The notes beneath the pieces are model-generated. The model ran no database searches. It was not told the DNA's origin and was given only the letters and a program-made list of their open reading frames with translations. From the NCBI GenBank assembly GCA_010909165.1, contig MU008163.1, positions 1,364,001 to 1,428,000 on the forward strand: DNA of 64,000 nt, in the 5' to 3' direction. Shown piece after piece: positions 24,591 to 38,575 of the stretch. Both the position numbers and the translations under genes were made by a program. Position 1 is the stretch's first letter. Each line of letters opens with the position of its first letter. This DNA is from Anthoceros angustus (lineage: Eukaryota; Plantae; Anthocerotophyta).

Positions 24591-26747
24591 GTAGGTCTAC
24601 ACCTACAAGGGTAGGTCGCCCAGTACACACACATGTAGGGACCCCTAATGTACAGCGTGACTTCCTTTACTCCATAATTTTGAGGACTTGGCCCAGCCTC
24701 CACCCCTCGGTTGATGCAGTTGGGACCCCTCCCTTAGGCTCGACTTGGGCCTTCTCCTAACTCCTAAACTCTACTCCTCCAACATTCAACCCCACACCAT
24801 CCAAAATCTCAACTTAACTCATCACCATCCTCAACATTCAACTCAATGCATCATATTTGACACTCGATGACTCAATACTTATTCTCCTAGTCTAACCTCA
24901 CTTCAAGCTCAGCTGACTTGCCTTTCTACTTCTAGCGCCTAGGGGTCGCCTACAAGCCAACAAGTTCTTCCTTGGGCAAGTTGCTATGAGTTTGCACCAG
25001 ACAGAGTATCTCTAGGAGTCTTTCCCCGCGCCCCTCAAGTCGAGGTTCTCAGGCACCACCACGCACCCAAAGCAAAGCAATTTTACAACAACCATTCACA
25101 AGAGGAGCAACTGCGGAGGCACTACTCGCGGAGCAAGCCCTCCGCCAAGCACTCCGACCATAGCCACTTTCCCCCTCTACGGACATTTTGTCACTGTACC
25201 GACAACGGCACCTCACATGAAGCAAGACACTCACCACGCAAGGGAAGCGCAATCACGGTGCTTTATTTCTCGAACTAGTCCTCTTATATAAGACATATAC
25301 ATATGGCCTCTCTTGGGCCGCGCCTCCCCCCTCCTTTACTGACTTCCGCTACACAATCTAATATCGCTTGACCTTTCCAAAAGTCTAATTAAGAGCCTCC
25401 TCGGGAACCACAATTGCTAGTGGTCTTTGAATAATCCTATAAACCTCACCCACTTGCAACCATCATGCCTTCCTCTTTAAGGCTCCCATCCTACAATAGT
25501 TCTAACCACAAAGCGGTTCCTAAGGCATCAATTACAATTCTTAGCGAGCTAGCCACTTTGGAGTTCTTCAAGACCCTAGGGGTCTTACCCATATCTCCCA
25601 CATGTTTTAACAAACATAGGCCATTTGATTTATGTCAAGACTTGACATCATGTGTGAGCACAAAGGAGAACAACACGAGAGCCTAGAATGCTTGAGTGTT
25701 CATTAAGTGAATAATAATATAAAGAGTATTGAAAATTATTTATATGTAAATAACCCTAAGTTACTATGTCTAGGTTACAATAAACAAGGCATATTTTAAT
25801 ACTCCCACATAACCTAGGCGATATCTGAATTGTGCCTAGCGTTAGGTAATTTGTCTCCCAGCGTAGAATCTCTTAAGTACGGCGCCATGTGTTGTTAGCA
25901 GTCGTAAACATAGCCTTTGCGATCATCCAACGAAAGAGTCCATGGCTACAAGGAGGCGGGCGCACTGTGAGGTGAGCAGGAAACACCGGTGCTCAAGAGA
26001 AAAGAAACGTGCCACAAGCCAACTGTAAATGCGGAGGAACATGGAGTGGAAAGCAGTTTAGTTTCCAACGGTGATGTCCGGTACGGATGGGAGATTGAGG
26101 GCCGGTCAGCGCCATAGTGAGAAACAAGTTCGAGGCGACTCAAGGCGGTGAAGAGGAGCCCATCGTAGAGCTATTGGAGAAAAGCTACTGGACCCTCTTA
26201 GAAGAATGAGGGTCCATTGGCTAAATCTTTGTGAACATGCATTTGCCGAGGCGAAGAGGAAGAGAAGGGAAGGAAGAGTATTTGCGAAAAGTCGTGAGCA
26301 AGGACTATGAAGAAGGAAGCTCCACAAAATGAAGGACGGAGAAAACCGCGACTAGGTAAGGCAAGACAAATTCATCCGTGCTTATACTTGGGCAGGCGGT
26401 GTGGGAGGACTGTAAACTGACCAACTGTGAACTTGTAGTGTGCCACATGGCACATCGATGGTCCAGTGGAAAGAAGGCGGCCTGTGATATGCAAACCTAA
26501 ATTAAGAGCAGCTTGAAGACCTGGGGACTTAGGTCCCTACCCCCCCCCCACACCCATCAGGTCAGACGATCACCTATCACCTACAATACCCTTAGGCGGA
26601 TATTTGAGCAGTCCCAAGGACTCCACATGCATAGTGTGTTTACGCTTGGGAAGCGCCCGTCAATACATCGCAATGTTTTCAGCGGTTGGGACATATTCAA
26701 CCTTGATTACTCCTCCGGATACGGTGTCTAGGATACGGTGGTGCTTA

Positions 26748-27670
26748 ATCTCGAAATGTTTGGTTCTTGCATAAGCAGCAAACCTAAATTGGTTACCAAA
26801 AGCTAAGTCAAACCTAAATCTCGAAATGTTTGGTTCTTGCATGAAAGCAGCAAACCTAAATTGGTTACCAAAGCTGAATCAAACCTAAATCTCGAAATGT
26901 GTGGTTCTTGCATGAAAGCGGCAAACCTATATCTTGGTAGAAAAGGCCAAAAGTCGAGGATCCTTTGAGGTAACGATAAATTCTTTTAACGACTGCCCGG
27001 TGCATTCGTCCGGCTTTTCTAAGAACTATGAGGCGACTGGCTGAAAAGTCTGTGGGCAAGGACTATGAAGAAGGGAAGCTCCCACAAAATGACGAAGGAT
27101 GTAGAAAACACGACTAGGTAAGGCAAAGACAAATTCATCCGTGCTTATACTTGGGCAAAGTGTGTGGGAGGATCAAACTCGACCAAGCTGTGAACTTGTA
27201 GGTGCATGGCACATCGATGGTCCAGTGGAAAAGGAAGCAAAGTATATGCAACCTAAATTAAGAGGCTTGAAGACACAGGGACTTAGGTCCCTACCCCCCC
27301 ACACCCATCAGTCGACGATCACCTATCACCTACAATACCCTTAGAGCGGATAGTCAAGTCCCCGAGTCCCAAGGACTTCGTGTATAGTGTGTTTCGCTAA
27401 GCGCCAAATACATCGCCAATGTTTTCAGTTGGGACATATTCAACCTTGATTACTCCTCCGGATACGGTGTCTAGGATACGGTGGTGCTTAATCTCGAAAT
27501 GTTTGGTTCTTGCATGAAAACCAAACCTAAATTGGTTACCAAAACTAAATCCAAACCTAAATCAAAATATTTGGTTCTTGCATGAAAACGGCAAACCTAA
27601 ATTGGTTACCAAAGCTGAATCCAAACCTAAATCTCGAAATGTGGTTCTTGCATGAAAGCGGCAAACCTAT
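26748..27670. repeat. ~72-bp tandem repeats in the Copia-1 RT/RNase H junction (two blocks, ~26748-26930 and ~27490-27670)
   Basis: Unit TCTCGAAATGTTTGGTTCTTGCATGAAAACAGCAAACCTAAATTGGTTACCAAA...CCAAACCTAAA, about 2.5 copies per block; also at ~58120-58300. Confidence 0.85.
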
Positions 27671-29281
27671 ATCTTGGTAGAAAAGGCCAAAAGTCGAGGA
27701 TCCTTTGAGGTAACGATAAATTCTTTTAACGACTGCCCGGCCGCATTTTCTATGAGATCGAAATGAGCTAGAAAAAGCGATGTCCGGCCTTGTCGATTGG
27801 ATATAAAATGAGGCGATAACGGCATGCCTTTAGGAACCTTCTCCATATCGGCAAGCTCTTCAATAGTGTTGGCACACCGGTCGTTAGTAAGTTTAACTCC
27901 CACGAGCTTGGAGTAGATCTTGGACATGCTTGATCAAGTTGGAAGCGGTTTGGGATCTCGATCGGATATTTCTTTTGATGGATAACAATCGGACCTTTGT
28001 CCTCACGAAGAATCGAACACCTAGGCAATTTTAGCTCTCCCACATCCTTCATCTCAAATTGAATTGCGACCTTTGTGGAGTTGACGAAGAATCCCATTGT
28101 CACGGAGAAAAGTGTCAAAGGTATGGTTGCAAAACTACCTCTCGTTGTCGGTCTTAAGCATTTGAGTTAGCGTGACCGCATGCCTTTGTGCCATAAGCAT
28201 CCGATCATTGAAAAAGGTGAAAGTTTCATTCTTTCACGAGACATAGTGTATGTCCGGTAAAGCATTGTAATCATCCGTGATTGTTAGATAATACCAAGCT
28301 CCTCCTAAAGATTGTGTTTCAGGTTTACGGATATATCAGCGTGAACAAGATCGAGAAGATTTGCTAGCCTATATCCATGGTGTGGAAAAGGCTTCTCATA
28401 TACCTTACGTAGAACAAGCTTCACAAATAGGTAAATCTCTAAAACAAGGAGGCGATGGTTCCACATAACAATCTTGTGTTGACATCTTGATTAGAGAATT
28501 TTTATTCACATGTCCAAGACGAGCATGCCATAATTTTGCTTGCTCAATCGGCGATAAGTGTGTTGGAGAGGTAGATGTAACAACAAGTCTTTGGGGGCTT
28601 CACAAGTAACATCCAACCGATACAACGGGACTCCTTGGCCAATGCATTGTGAGCTGAGATATATCGTGAACAAGATCGAGAAGATTTGCTAGCCTATATC
28701 CATGGTGTGGAAAAGGCTTCTCCTTCGCTTCGCGCCAAGAGACAAGCTTCACAAATAGGTAAATCTCTAAAACAAGGAGGCGATGGTTCCACATAACAAT
28801 CTTGTGTTGACATCTTGATTAGAGAATTTTTATTCACATGTCCAAGACGAGCATGCCATAATTTTGCTTGCTCAATCGCTGATAAGTGTGTTGGAGAGGT
28901 AGATGTAACAACAAGTGCTGCACTGGGGGCTTCACAAGTAACATCCAACCGATACAACGGGACTCCTTGGCCAATGCATTGTGAGCTGGAGATATGTCGA
29001 AAAACTTCACAAGTAGTTCCAAAGAAGCAAAATTCAAAGTTGTGGTGAATTGCTAGTAGCACGGCCAAGAGATTCTTAGCCATGCCGGTACATACAGAAC
29101 TCTGGGACATGCAATCTTGAGTTGTTAGTCATAAGGAAGCAACCAGTACCAATGCCTCTTATGGGTAAGCTGGTAGATCTCTGTTCATCCCCAAGTAGAG
29201 ACTGATTGGGGTCGAATAATCGTTTGTCCTTACGGATGTGTGTAGTAGCACTAGAATCGGTACCAATTTCCAGGATCACTC

Positions 29282-29371
29282 GAAGAAGAAGAAGAAGAAG
29301 AAGAAGAAGAAGAAGAAGAAGAAGAAGAAGAAGAAGAAGAAGAAGAAGAAGAAGAAGAAAAAGAAGAAGAA
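29282..29371. repeat. (GAA)n microsatellite, poly-Ser on the Copia-1 coding strand just before the protease motif
   Basis: 26 perfect GAA, one AAA, then 3 GAA. Confidence 0.97.
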
Positions 29372-31499
29372 AGACATATGGTAAGTATCTTAACCACAGC
29401 TTTACCACTTTCATTTGGAGATCTTTCCTTGGCAACTGTATTAACCTCAGGCTTGGAACGACGGGGCTCGCCAGCTTTCTTCTTGCGGCAGTCCCTCTTC
29501 CAATGTCCTAGCACGTTGCACCAGTTGCAGCTACTAGGTTTCTTCGTTGAAGATGAAACAGGAGTGGAGGTTTGTCGTCCCGAAGGAGATGGTCAACCTC
29601 CTCTGCCTCGCCCTCTCCCATAACCTCCACGGTGGCATGAGGTATAAAGGACTCTATCAGCACGAGGTTTGCCAGAACCGCTTGAATTATGTCGAAGTCG
29701 ACTCTGCTCCTCTTGGTAAAGTGCTGCTATGACTGCTTCAAGGGTAATTGTAGAAGGATTACCCGCTAATACATTCTGACCTGCTGAAGAGAGTGGTCCA
29801 TTCTAAAGTGAAACGAAAGTTTGATATGAGGCAGGAAGGTTGAGCAAGGCTAGCAGCGGCATCCTCTTCACTCATCTTGGAGCCCATCTGTAAGTCGTGA
29901 GCGGAGGTGGCGAAATTTACTAGTGTGGGCAGCCACACCGCTCACTCTCCGCATCCTCAAGGCATAGAACTCCTGTTTAAAAGCGCACAATGTCATCATT
30001 GTCTTCCTGCGTATGTGCCTTCTAGTTGATTCCAAATTTCATGAGCTTTTGTCAAATATTCCACATCAGGAATGAGGACGTCATCGAGTCCAGATATCAA
30101 GATTGCAACTGCAACACTATTCAAATTATTCCACTTGTCAACATGTGTTTGTGTGACTTGGTACACTCGGAAGGTGATGAGGCTCAGCCCGTGGGACAGT
30201 TGTGGAGATGTGCCATCAACCCCCATACTCCTCTTCTTGTGAAGGTTGGACATCATACATACCGCCATACTTCAAGCGAGTTCCATTAAACTGTCTCTTT
30301 CCTTCAATTCCGTGAAGGTAGGAGGCGGTCGGTTGTGGAAGCCATTGTGATTGAGGCTGGTTGTCTAGAAGGCGGTTGTAGGAGGAGTCTTGGAGGAGAA
30401 TGCAGGTGGAGTTGGTGGAGGCGGATGGTGGGTGGAGGTGGTGTTCCTAATTCCCTTGCTTCCAAGTCTAACCTCGGCGTAAGTGAGGGAAAGAGGAAGT
30501 TAAAGAGGTAATCCCTCGTTATCATAAAAAAAGCAGTCCTCGATGACGAGTAGCGATTAGGGTTTCGTGGATTTTCAGCGGAAATAGAGAAAACTAACTT
30601 GCTGAATTATTTTCTAGGGCATTGGTGGGTTCAAAGGAAGCGGTTACCAACCGTCTGTGTCTTTGGGCCGGTGAAGCAAAATGTGGGGTAGCAACAAAGA
30701 TTCCACTGTGAAAAATCTAGAACCTGCACCATGCCTAGAAGCTGGGAAATAATAAGGTCAGTCAGCAAGACGCTCCTTATGAGAGGAACGTAGAATCTCT
30801 TTAAAGATCTGAAGTTGTTGAGTCAGCTTCTTAATTTCAGATGAGAATCTGATGGCAAACTTGTGAATTTTAAAATCTGATGAATCCAATCGTTTGGAAA
30901 AAGATTCCTGTCATACGAGAGTTCAATAATCCTTCCAAAATATCAATTGAATTTGAAAAGTGCGCTCGTGCTCTTTGTGCGGGGCGAAATCTTTGGAGAA
31001 GATTGCCTCACGGAGGATTGGTTAGGTCATATAGGCACCCACGGTAATCACAAGGATTAGAGCGGTGGAGATGCTGCAAAAACCTTGTTGCGATATCTGT
31101 AAAGCGGTATTTTTACGAGAACAAGTAATCTCGTTCGACAGTTGACACTAGTCAGGGAATGCTCGAGAACAGGCGAGCGATCGTAGATAGGTCTAGAAGA
31201 GGATTTCACAAAACCTCCTCTACCACCGGATCCGTAGTTAGACTGTTCCGGCATCGTAGCTAAACATAGTCACCCGGTAGTATGGGCTCGATACCATAAC
31301 AAAAATAGGAGCCATTTGGATTTATGTCAAGACAACTTGACATCATGTGTGAGCACAAAGGAGAGAACAACACGAGCCTAGAATGCTTGAGTGTTCATTA
31401 AGTGAATAATAATATAAAGGTATTGAAAAGTATTTATATGTAAGTAACCCTAAGTTAAGCTGTCGTCTAAGGTTACAATAAACAAGGCATATTTTAACA

Positions 31500-34400
31500 T
31501 GTTTCTTGCTACCGCCTATTCCAACTCAATGGGATCGTGGCTAGAGCCCTTGTGTGCTCCTTTGTTGGTTGTTCATCCCCGGCGAATAGTCACGGCCCTC
31601 TTGGCCACGGGCATATCCTCTACACATGCCTCCCCCACCTGCGGAGGAGGATTTCACCCTCTAGCCCTTGATCTCCAACTTTGGGGCTGGACTCGCCCCA
31701 TACTCTACCAATCCGCCATGGGCGCCATCCCCATGGCTACATCTCCTCTAGGAGTAGGCGTCGACCTCCCCAACTCCTTGACCTTCCACCACCTCAAGTC
31801 GCAACTCTCCTTACGGGAGTAGGGCTACTCCCCCGGTGGGTACCCTACCTACATCGGGGTCCCTCACCTACCATCACTTGGGTGTCTTTCTCGACAAGAT
31901 CTTTGGTACATGGGAGCACCACTTGGGGCTCCCCTATCCTGTTGCTCTCCCTCATCATCGAAAACCTCTTCCCACTCCGATTCCTCGGAGTCATCTCCAC
32001 TTCCCTCTTCTTCAAAGTCTAAGGCCCTCGGCTCCACTTTCATAAGCTCCTTCCTGTCATCATCGTGGGGTCCCAACAATCTTCTCTTAATGAGGCGTGC
32101 TACCTCATTCTTGGCCTTGACAACCTTATTATGAAGGGTTGCCCCAACCTCTTATATTGCATCTCTAGTTCATCCGACTCCTTAGGCCATTCCCTTCTTT
32201 GCACCTACCCTTGTAGGCATTAGCTCAACGTCGGCTCTCCCTGCAGGTGTAGAGCTACGTTCTCCGCAAATAACTTGTGAAGGCTGGCTGTGCCATCTTC
32301 TTTTGTAGGGCATAGTCCATACGAATCTCCTCTTCCGAATGACTAGCATTTGGTGCACCATGCCCCCTCGCTTTCCTCTTCTCTCCTTCAGCCTTCACCT
32401 GTGGTTTTGGCCTCCCAGTTCTTGAGCTCGTTCTAATTCCCTTTCCTTCTTCCCCAAACTACGGCGAGTTTCCAAATCATCTTGGACACACCCTACCTCC
32501 CATCGTAGGGTGTCCCTTCCCTCTCCAATTCACTCACCTTGAGAGCAAGTGCTTGCTCCTGTCGCTCCCTTTGCTCTTTGGCCTTGCTCTCACTCTCTTT
32601 GGGCTGCTTTGTAAGAGCTATTTCTAGTCTCCCCACTTTTGTGGTAGCTCATTCTAACGCATCCATTCCTCTCTCGCATCAATAGTCTTGACAATGTGGC
32701 ACTCAATCTATCCACTTGCTCCTCACGGTCCTCGACCTCTGTTTGGATCCAGTCGGCCTCCACAAGCCCTCATTCTTTCTTCAACTCCAACAACTTTGCC
32801 TCGGCGGCCCTTGCAACTTCTTTGCTCCTAGCCTCTCCTTCTCGTCGGTGCCTCTCGGGCCTTACTTGCCCTCAACTCTTCACGGCTTTCCACCAAGATA
32901 CCAGCCATCCTTGTGGCTTCCTTCACATCCGGCTCAACGCCCACATTTGGACTAACTCCCCTAGCACTCCTAGTTCGGCCTCCACATTATTTCTTGAGCT
33001 CGTTCTAATTCCTTTCCTTCTTCCCCAAACTACGGCGAGTTTCCATAAATCATCTTGGACACACCTACCTCCCATCGTAGGGTGTCCCTTTCCTCAATTC
33101 ACTCACCTTGAGAGCAAGTGCTTGCTCCTGTCGCTCCCTTGCTCTTTGGCCTTGCTCTCACTCTCTTTGGCCTTTGTAAGAGCTATTTCTAGTCTCCCAC
33201 TTTTGTGGTAGCCTCTTCGCTTTGCATCCATTCCTCTCTCGCATCAATAGTCTTGACAATGTGGCACTCAATCTATCCACTTGCTCCCTCGGTCCTCGAC
33301 CTGCATTTGGATCCGGTCGGCCTCCACATTCAAAGCCCTCATTCTTTCTTCCAACTCCAACAACTTTGCCTCGGCGGCCCTTGCAACTTCTTTGCTCCTA
33401 GCCTCTCCTTCTCGTCGGTGCCTCTCGGGCCTTACTTGCCCTCAACTCTTCCAGCTTTCCACCAAGATACCAGCCATCCTTGTGGCTTCCTTCACATCCG
33501 GCTCAACGCCCACATTTGGACTAACTCCCCTAGCACTCCTAGTTCGGGCCTCATGGCATGTGCTCCTATTATTCCATAACCATGGAACCACATCCCCTAC
33601 CATGGTTCCATCACTAGCCCTCTAGGATCCAGCCTCCTCCTAGGCACCGCCTTAGCATGTCCACTTGCGTACTTGTCCCGGGTGCCTCACCTCGGTGTAG
33701 GGACCTCTGTCAGGGCCTCCTTCTCTTGGTGCCCGTTTGCGCACCTATCTCCGTAGATCACGACTTACATCCGTGAGATCTCCTAAGAACACCTTTCTCC
33801 TCTTCCATGTCGAGGTTTTGGCCCTCCTCTCGGCATAGGGGCCTCTTCCTCCCTCACGGGATTTCTCCTTCTACCTTCATTCGCCCGGTACGATTGCTCC
33901 TCATCAAGGTCTATCTCCAACTCCTCTTCCTCTTCTTCATCATAGACTCGGACTTGGGTCCCTTTCCTAGCCTCTCCCAGCCCTCTGTCGGCCTCCTTCT
34001 CTTGGTGCCCGTTTGCGCACCTATCTCCGTAGATCCACGACTTACATCCGTAGGGATCTCCCTAAGAACACCTTTCTCCTCTTCCATGTCGGGGTTTTGG
34101 CCCTCCTCGGCGCAGGGCCTCTTCCTCCCTCACGGGATTTCTCCTTCTACCTTCATTACGCCCATTGCGGCGATTCGGCTCCTCATCAAGGTCTATCTCC
34201 AACTCCTCTTCCTCTTCTTCATCATAGACTCGGACTTGGGTTCCTAGCCTCTCTCCCTGCTCTGCTCGACCCTAGAGGGCCTTCTCATGGCAAGAGGGTG
34301 GGCACCTCCTCCGTAGGCACCAACTCTATCATATCAAAGTACCAGGTGGACAATTCTCAAGACTCAATAACCCCTCCACTCCCACAAGTGGACCAAGTAA

Positions 34401-37400
34401 GTGGACAAGTAGCATAGCACAGGAGACTCGCATCATGGTTTGTTAGGCTTCAAAATCTTCTCCCTATGATGACGTAAGCATTGTACATAATATTCCCCGA
34501 TCAGGCATACGTGACACTCTCCACATAAAACCAGCAAGGCATCGTTAAAGTAGGTCTTCCTCGATAATTAATAAGTCCCATGACCACTTTAGCGAAGGTT
34601 CGCCACTTGAATTCCTTGATGGCCGATGTGGGCCAGCCATTCTTCGTTTTGCACTCTCTCCCGTGTAACATGGTTTGCCCCTTAGGAGTGAAATGGGAGC
34701 CATCTTCTTCCCATCCTTAGCCTTTTCGTTATCACAATCCCATCTCCTCTTAGTAGGTCGCCCATAAACACCTTATACTACGAACCGTCCGGCACCGGGT
34801 CCGTTCTCGCGTTCCGCTCTGGAAGGGCTGCCAATTGCCTTGGAGTGCGGGCTCACATAGCACTTCTCCACAAGCTTGAGATTGTCAGGCCCAATGGCGG
34901 CCATATGCCCACCGGGTATATGTTCTCCTCGCCCGCCCACGGCCGAAAAGCAATCAGATCCTGTGAGCACACCTGGCCCACAAAACACTCAAATATAGGC
35001 ATGTTAATTTGGCGGATCCTCACGTGGCCTCTCTTCTTCTTCTCTCCCCTTTCTTAGGGGTAGGTGTCTTCCCATGGCTCCTTCCAACTTGGTTGCACGA
35101 GAGGAGATGAGAGGTGTACTCCTTCTTCCTTTTCTCGGTCCTTAGCCCACCTCGCGGCTTACCGGCAACCTATGACCGTAGGTTGCTCCTCTCAACACAA
35201 TCTCTAAGGCCCTTTTGCTTCCTTCCCAAATTGCCACAGTTCTCACAATCTTGAGCTTATGATGGAGCTCCTCCTTCTAGTAGCTCGCAACCTCTAGCTC
35301 ACATGCACTTGTCACGGTGTAATCATTCGGCTACCTTGTCTTAAGTAGGGAACACAAGCTTGTTAAGGAAGGAGATGGAGGGTGGCTGCCAAGTTTGGGA
35401 AGGTATACTCAAGAATCGCCACCACGTTGATGTCCGCACGGCGCCATCTCCACCGCTAAACTTTTTAAGTAACTTCCCCGCCAAGTATACCTAGGGCTCT
35501 TATTCTCACTACTTAAACTAGGGGTTCAACATTAATTACTAATTCCACATATGCACATATGGGTATATGCACATATGCACATTCCACATGCACATATGCA
35601 CATTCCATACATGGGTATATGCACATATATAGCATAAAAGAATTCTACAAAATGGCTCCGCTCCATGTAAGGCATCCACCTACTTTGGTAGGTCCTCATA
35701 CCTACGGTCTACGGTCACGATTTACCCTACACCTAAACTCTTGATTCCTGCGAAACTCCCGATTCCTTCTCTTGTTCCTAACTTCCCTAGATGGCTCAAA
35801 AGAAATACTCGTTACTCCTTGCTCTTCATTTTGAACCAAGATCGAACAAAATGATCCAAAGCGGATCAAAATGACAAAGGGCCCAAAATTTTCCATTCCA
35901 CGGTGAAGATAATCGAGCAAATGGGTTACATTGTTTCCATGTCTTGTTTGTCCCATGCAAGCATTTACATTGAAAAGCGGATGCAATAAGAGGAATGGCA
36001 AATAAGTTTGCACAACGTGACGATGGCAAGCTTGTTTCAAAATGAGCAAGAAGATCCACATGCACAAACATGGTTACGCAAGGGCGAGAAGGCCGGAAAT
36101 GCTGCTTGGGGCAGGGGCCATGGTGCGTGGACAAATCGTGCACCCGGGGCAAGGGGCCACGATGCGAGCACCTAGGGAGGCAGGGGCTTGGTACACGCAC
36201 TTGTGCATGCACCTAGGGTCAAGAAGGCCCTAGGGACATGAACCCATATGGTTAATGCCTCTTGGTGCATTCCCACATGGTTCATTTCCAAAAATGAGTA
36301 AAAATCTAAAATAATCGGAAAAAATCCAATTTTTGAGGCAACTGCACACACTTGCTCTAAAAGTTTGGCATTTTTGGTATTTTTCATGTTTTGTAGGTTT
36401 TAAAGTGTTCCTTTTGGCATTTTCAACCCTTTTTTTGTACCTCCTAATCAATATGTCCTCATCTTGATTTAGCTCTCATCTTTTTCTAGTGATCAAAACT
36501 AGTGGTGAGAACTTTTGCATATTTTCAATCTTGAGGCGTTTGGCATAGGCCCACTCAAGTGCAAACCATACCAATCTCATTCTCGCACTATACACCGATT
36601 AAGAGCATCAAGTAAATGAAGATATTATCGCCCAATGTCCGATAGAAACAAAGTCTGTAGAATTCCCAGGCGAAAGTATAATCTTAGGGAGTCATGGTAA
36701 TGAGTTTAAGGTATGACCTATAATAACAATAAAAGATTATGGAAAAACACCAATTATAGTAACTCACATTTGAATAGATTTATTGAGGCGAAGAACTCAC
36801 GTTCACCCACTAGTCAAGAAGTAAAGCGACATTTGGCAAAAGCAATTTGAGCAAATTGCGAGAGGAGGGTATATTCCTTTCTATTTCCAACATACCCACA
36901 TATTGGTCGGAAGAAACTTGAAATCTCCACTCCTGCAACTCTTATGTTGGTTGCCAAATCCCAACCACATTAGGTGTCCTTCTTCCCTCACAATTTCCAC
37001 CGCCCACCACGTCCACAACCTCGCCTTTCTACCTCCGGCTCTTGCACCCTTGCCTTCCTAGCGCAAATCTCCACTCACGTGACTTGAAGGAGGATTTCTC
37101 AAGGCGTTCACGGGCTCTTACACCTCCCAACAAATTGAGGGTCCTTTCTCCGCAATCCCTTCTCAATCTGCCCACGCCCCTCTTCCCAACACTCATCCAA
37201 GCTTGGGGCAGCGTCGCACCTTCGACAATGGCTCCTTCCTTTCTCATTTCCAACATACCCACATATTGGTCGGAAGAAACTTGAAATCTCCACCTTAACT
37301 CTTATGTTGGTTGCCAAATCCCAACCACATTAGGTGTCCTTCTTCCTCACAATTTCCACCGCCCACTGCCCTAACCTCGCCTTTCTACCTGGCTCTTGCA

Positions 37401-38069
37401 CCCTTGCCTTCCTAGCGCAAATCTCCACTCACCGTGACTTGAAGGAGGATTTCTCCAAGAGCGCCACGGCTCTTACACCTCCCAACAAATTGAGGGTCCT
37501 TTCTCCGCAATCCCTTCTCAATCCCGCCACGCCCACTCTTCCCAACACTCATCCAAGCTTGGGGCAGCGTCGCCCGCTTCGACAATGGCTCCTTCCCTTT
37601 CTCTTTCTTCTTGGCACCTTTACTTTGCTTCTTGCTTATTTCTCCTCTGCTTGTCTGGCACCCCTTCTCGGCTGCGCAGTGCGTGCACGTGGCGATCTTG
37701 TGTGGGGATCTTCTACAGCTCTTGGCCCAAAATTGGCCTCTAATTGCACGATTTCTTATTTGACTTATTCACCTAATCCATTCAAAGAAACATATATAGC
37801 TATCCTATTACGCCTTGACCTTGTACTTCCTACCGGTGAGTTATCACCCTACGGTGGTCACTACGGTAGGTCTCTTGCCTACGGTGGTAGGTGACTCGCC
37901 TACCACGGTAGGTATCTCACTCTGGTGGTGAGCGGCTTACCTACGAGTAGGTGACCCCCTACACATTTATCACCTACTCTCCTTACCACAAGGTTGTTTT
38001 GACCTGTTTCTTCTTCCTAAGTATCCTCCCTACCTTCCTTATAGTATCCTATAACTCCAACTCCAACTT
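31500..38069 (-). mobile_element. Family C LTR-like sequence, ORF-bearing part (copy 2)
   Basis: Collinear with 11379-18035; 38576-39615 repeats its last ~1 kb. Confidence 0.85.
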
Positions 38070-38070
38070 C

Positions 38071-38575
38071 TCTGATACCATGATGAGAATCAATAGCTCT
38101 TAGATAGAAGAGAAACAATGGAATGAATTAATTAATGAGTAAAGTACAAGCCTTTAAATAGGCTGGGTGGTTGGGTGGTTACAACAATATGTTGTTGTAA
38201 CCATAAGTAGTTGCAACCATAAGTTGTTGCAACTATAAGTTGTTGTAACAACTAACTACCTAAAGCCCTAGCTCTAAATTAATGTTTAAGTAATGAGGCC
38301 CTAATGAATAGTGCCCTAAGCTAGACCTATTTCATCACTCCCACTCACTATGAATGTAGGGGTGAATTCTAGCTTCAAAATGAGGTCTAAATCATAGATA
38401 GACTCCACTTAATCAAAAGTTATAAGCCTAAGAAAAGCTAAACTTAAGCTTGATGAATAAGTAAGCCTGAAATAGAAAACTTAATATGTCCACCAAAATA
38501 TTCACCAGAATAAGGTTGACAAATAATAGCTCGAAATAGGCTTAAAAGAGAGGCCTAAAATAAATAAATAAATCA
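38071..38575 (-). repeat. PBS remnant plus partial Copia-2 LTR; part of the local duplication ~36667-38575 / 38576-40125
   Basis: TCTGATACCA then TGATGAGAATC...; jumps back to family C sequence at the shared CAGGCGAAA. Confidence 0.85.

Larger units (their letters stand above)
19321..25607 (-). mobile_element. Family C LTR-like sequence, distal part (19321-19581 and 24596-25607), split by the family A solo LTR
   Basis: Minus strand ends ...CCTCCCACCACA at 19321 (same CCACA terminus as family A); contiguous with 31500 once Copia-1 is removed; uninterrupted copies at ~54607-56967. Confidence 0.55.
25608..31499 (-). mobile_element. Copia-1, complete termini but internally deleted (non-autonomous): 3' LTR 25608-25801, PPT ~25802-25814, PBS 31286-31296, 5' LTR 31297-31499, TSD TGTTT
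   Basis: TGTTT at 25603-25607 and 31500-31504; ~200-bp LTRs; gag (AHEIWNQLEGTY, C..C...GHWKRDC), protease (NWY.DSSATTH), LWHARLGH...ICEAC, partial integrase, FEMKDVGEL, KRIYRYLKG, IKVEYVPTAENIA. Confidence 0.93.

Noticed and set aside
26748-27670. CRISPR-like array
   Set aside because: Contiguous tandem units without unique spacers, inside a eukaryotic Copia pol remnant, with no cas genes.
29076-29514. Poly-Leu and poly-Arg ORFs
   Set aside because: Alternative-frame translations of the GAA microsatellite.
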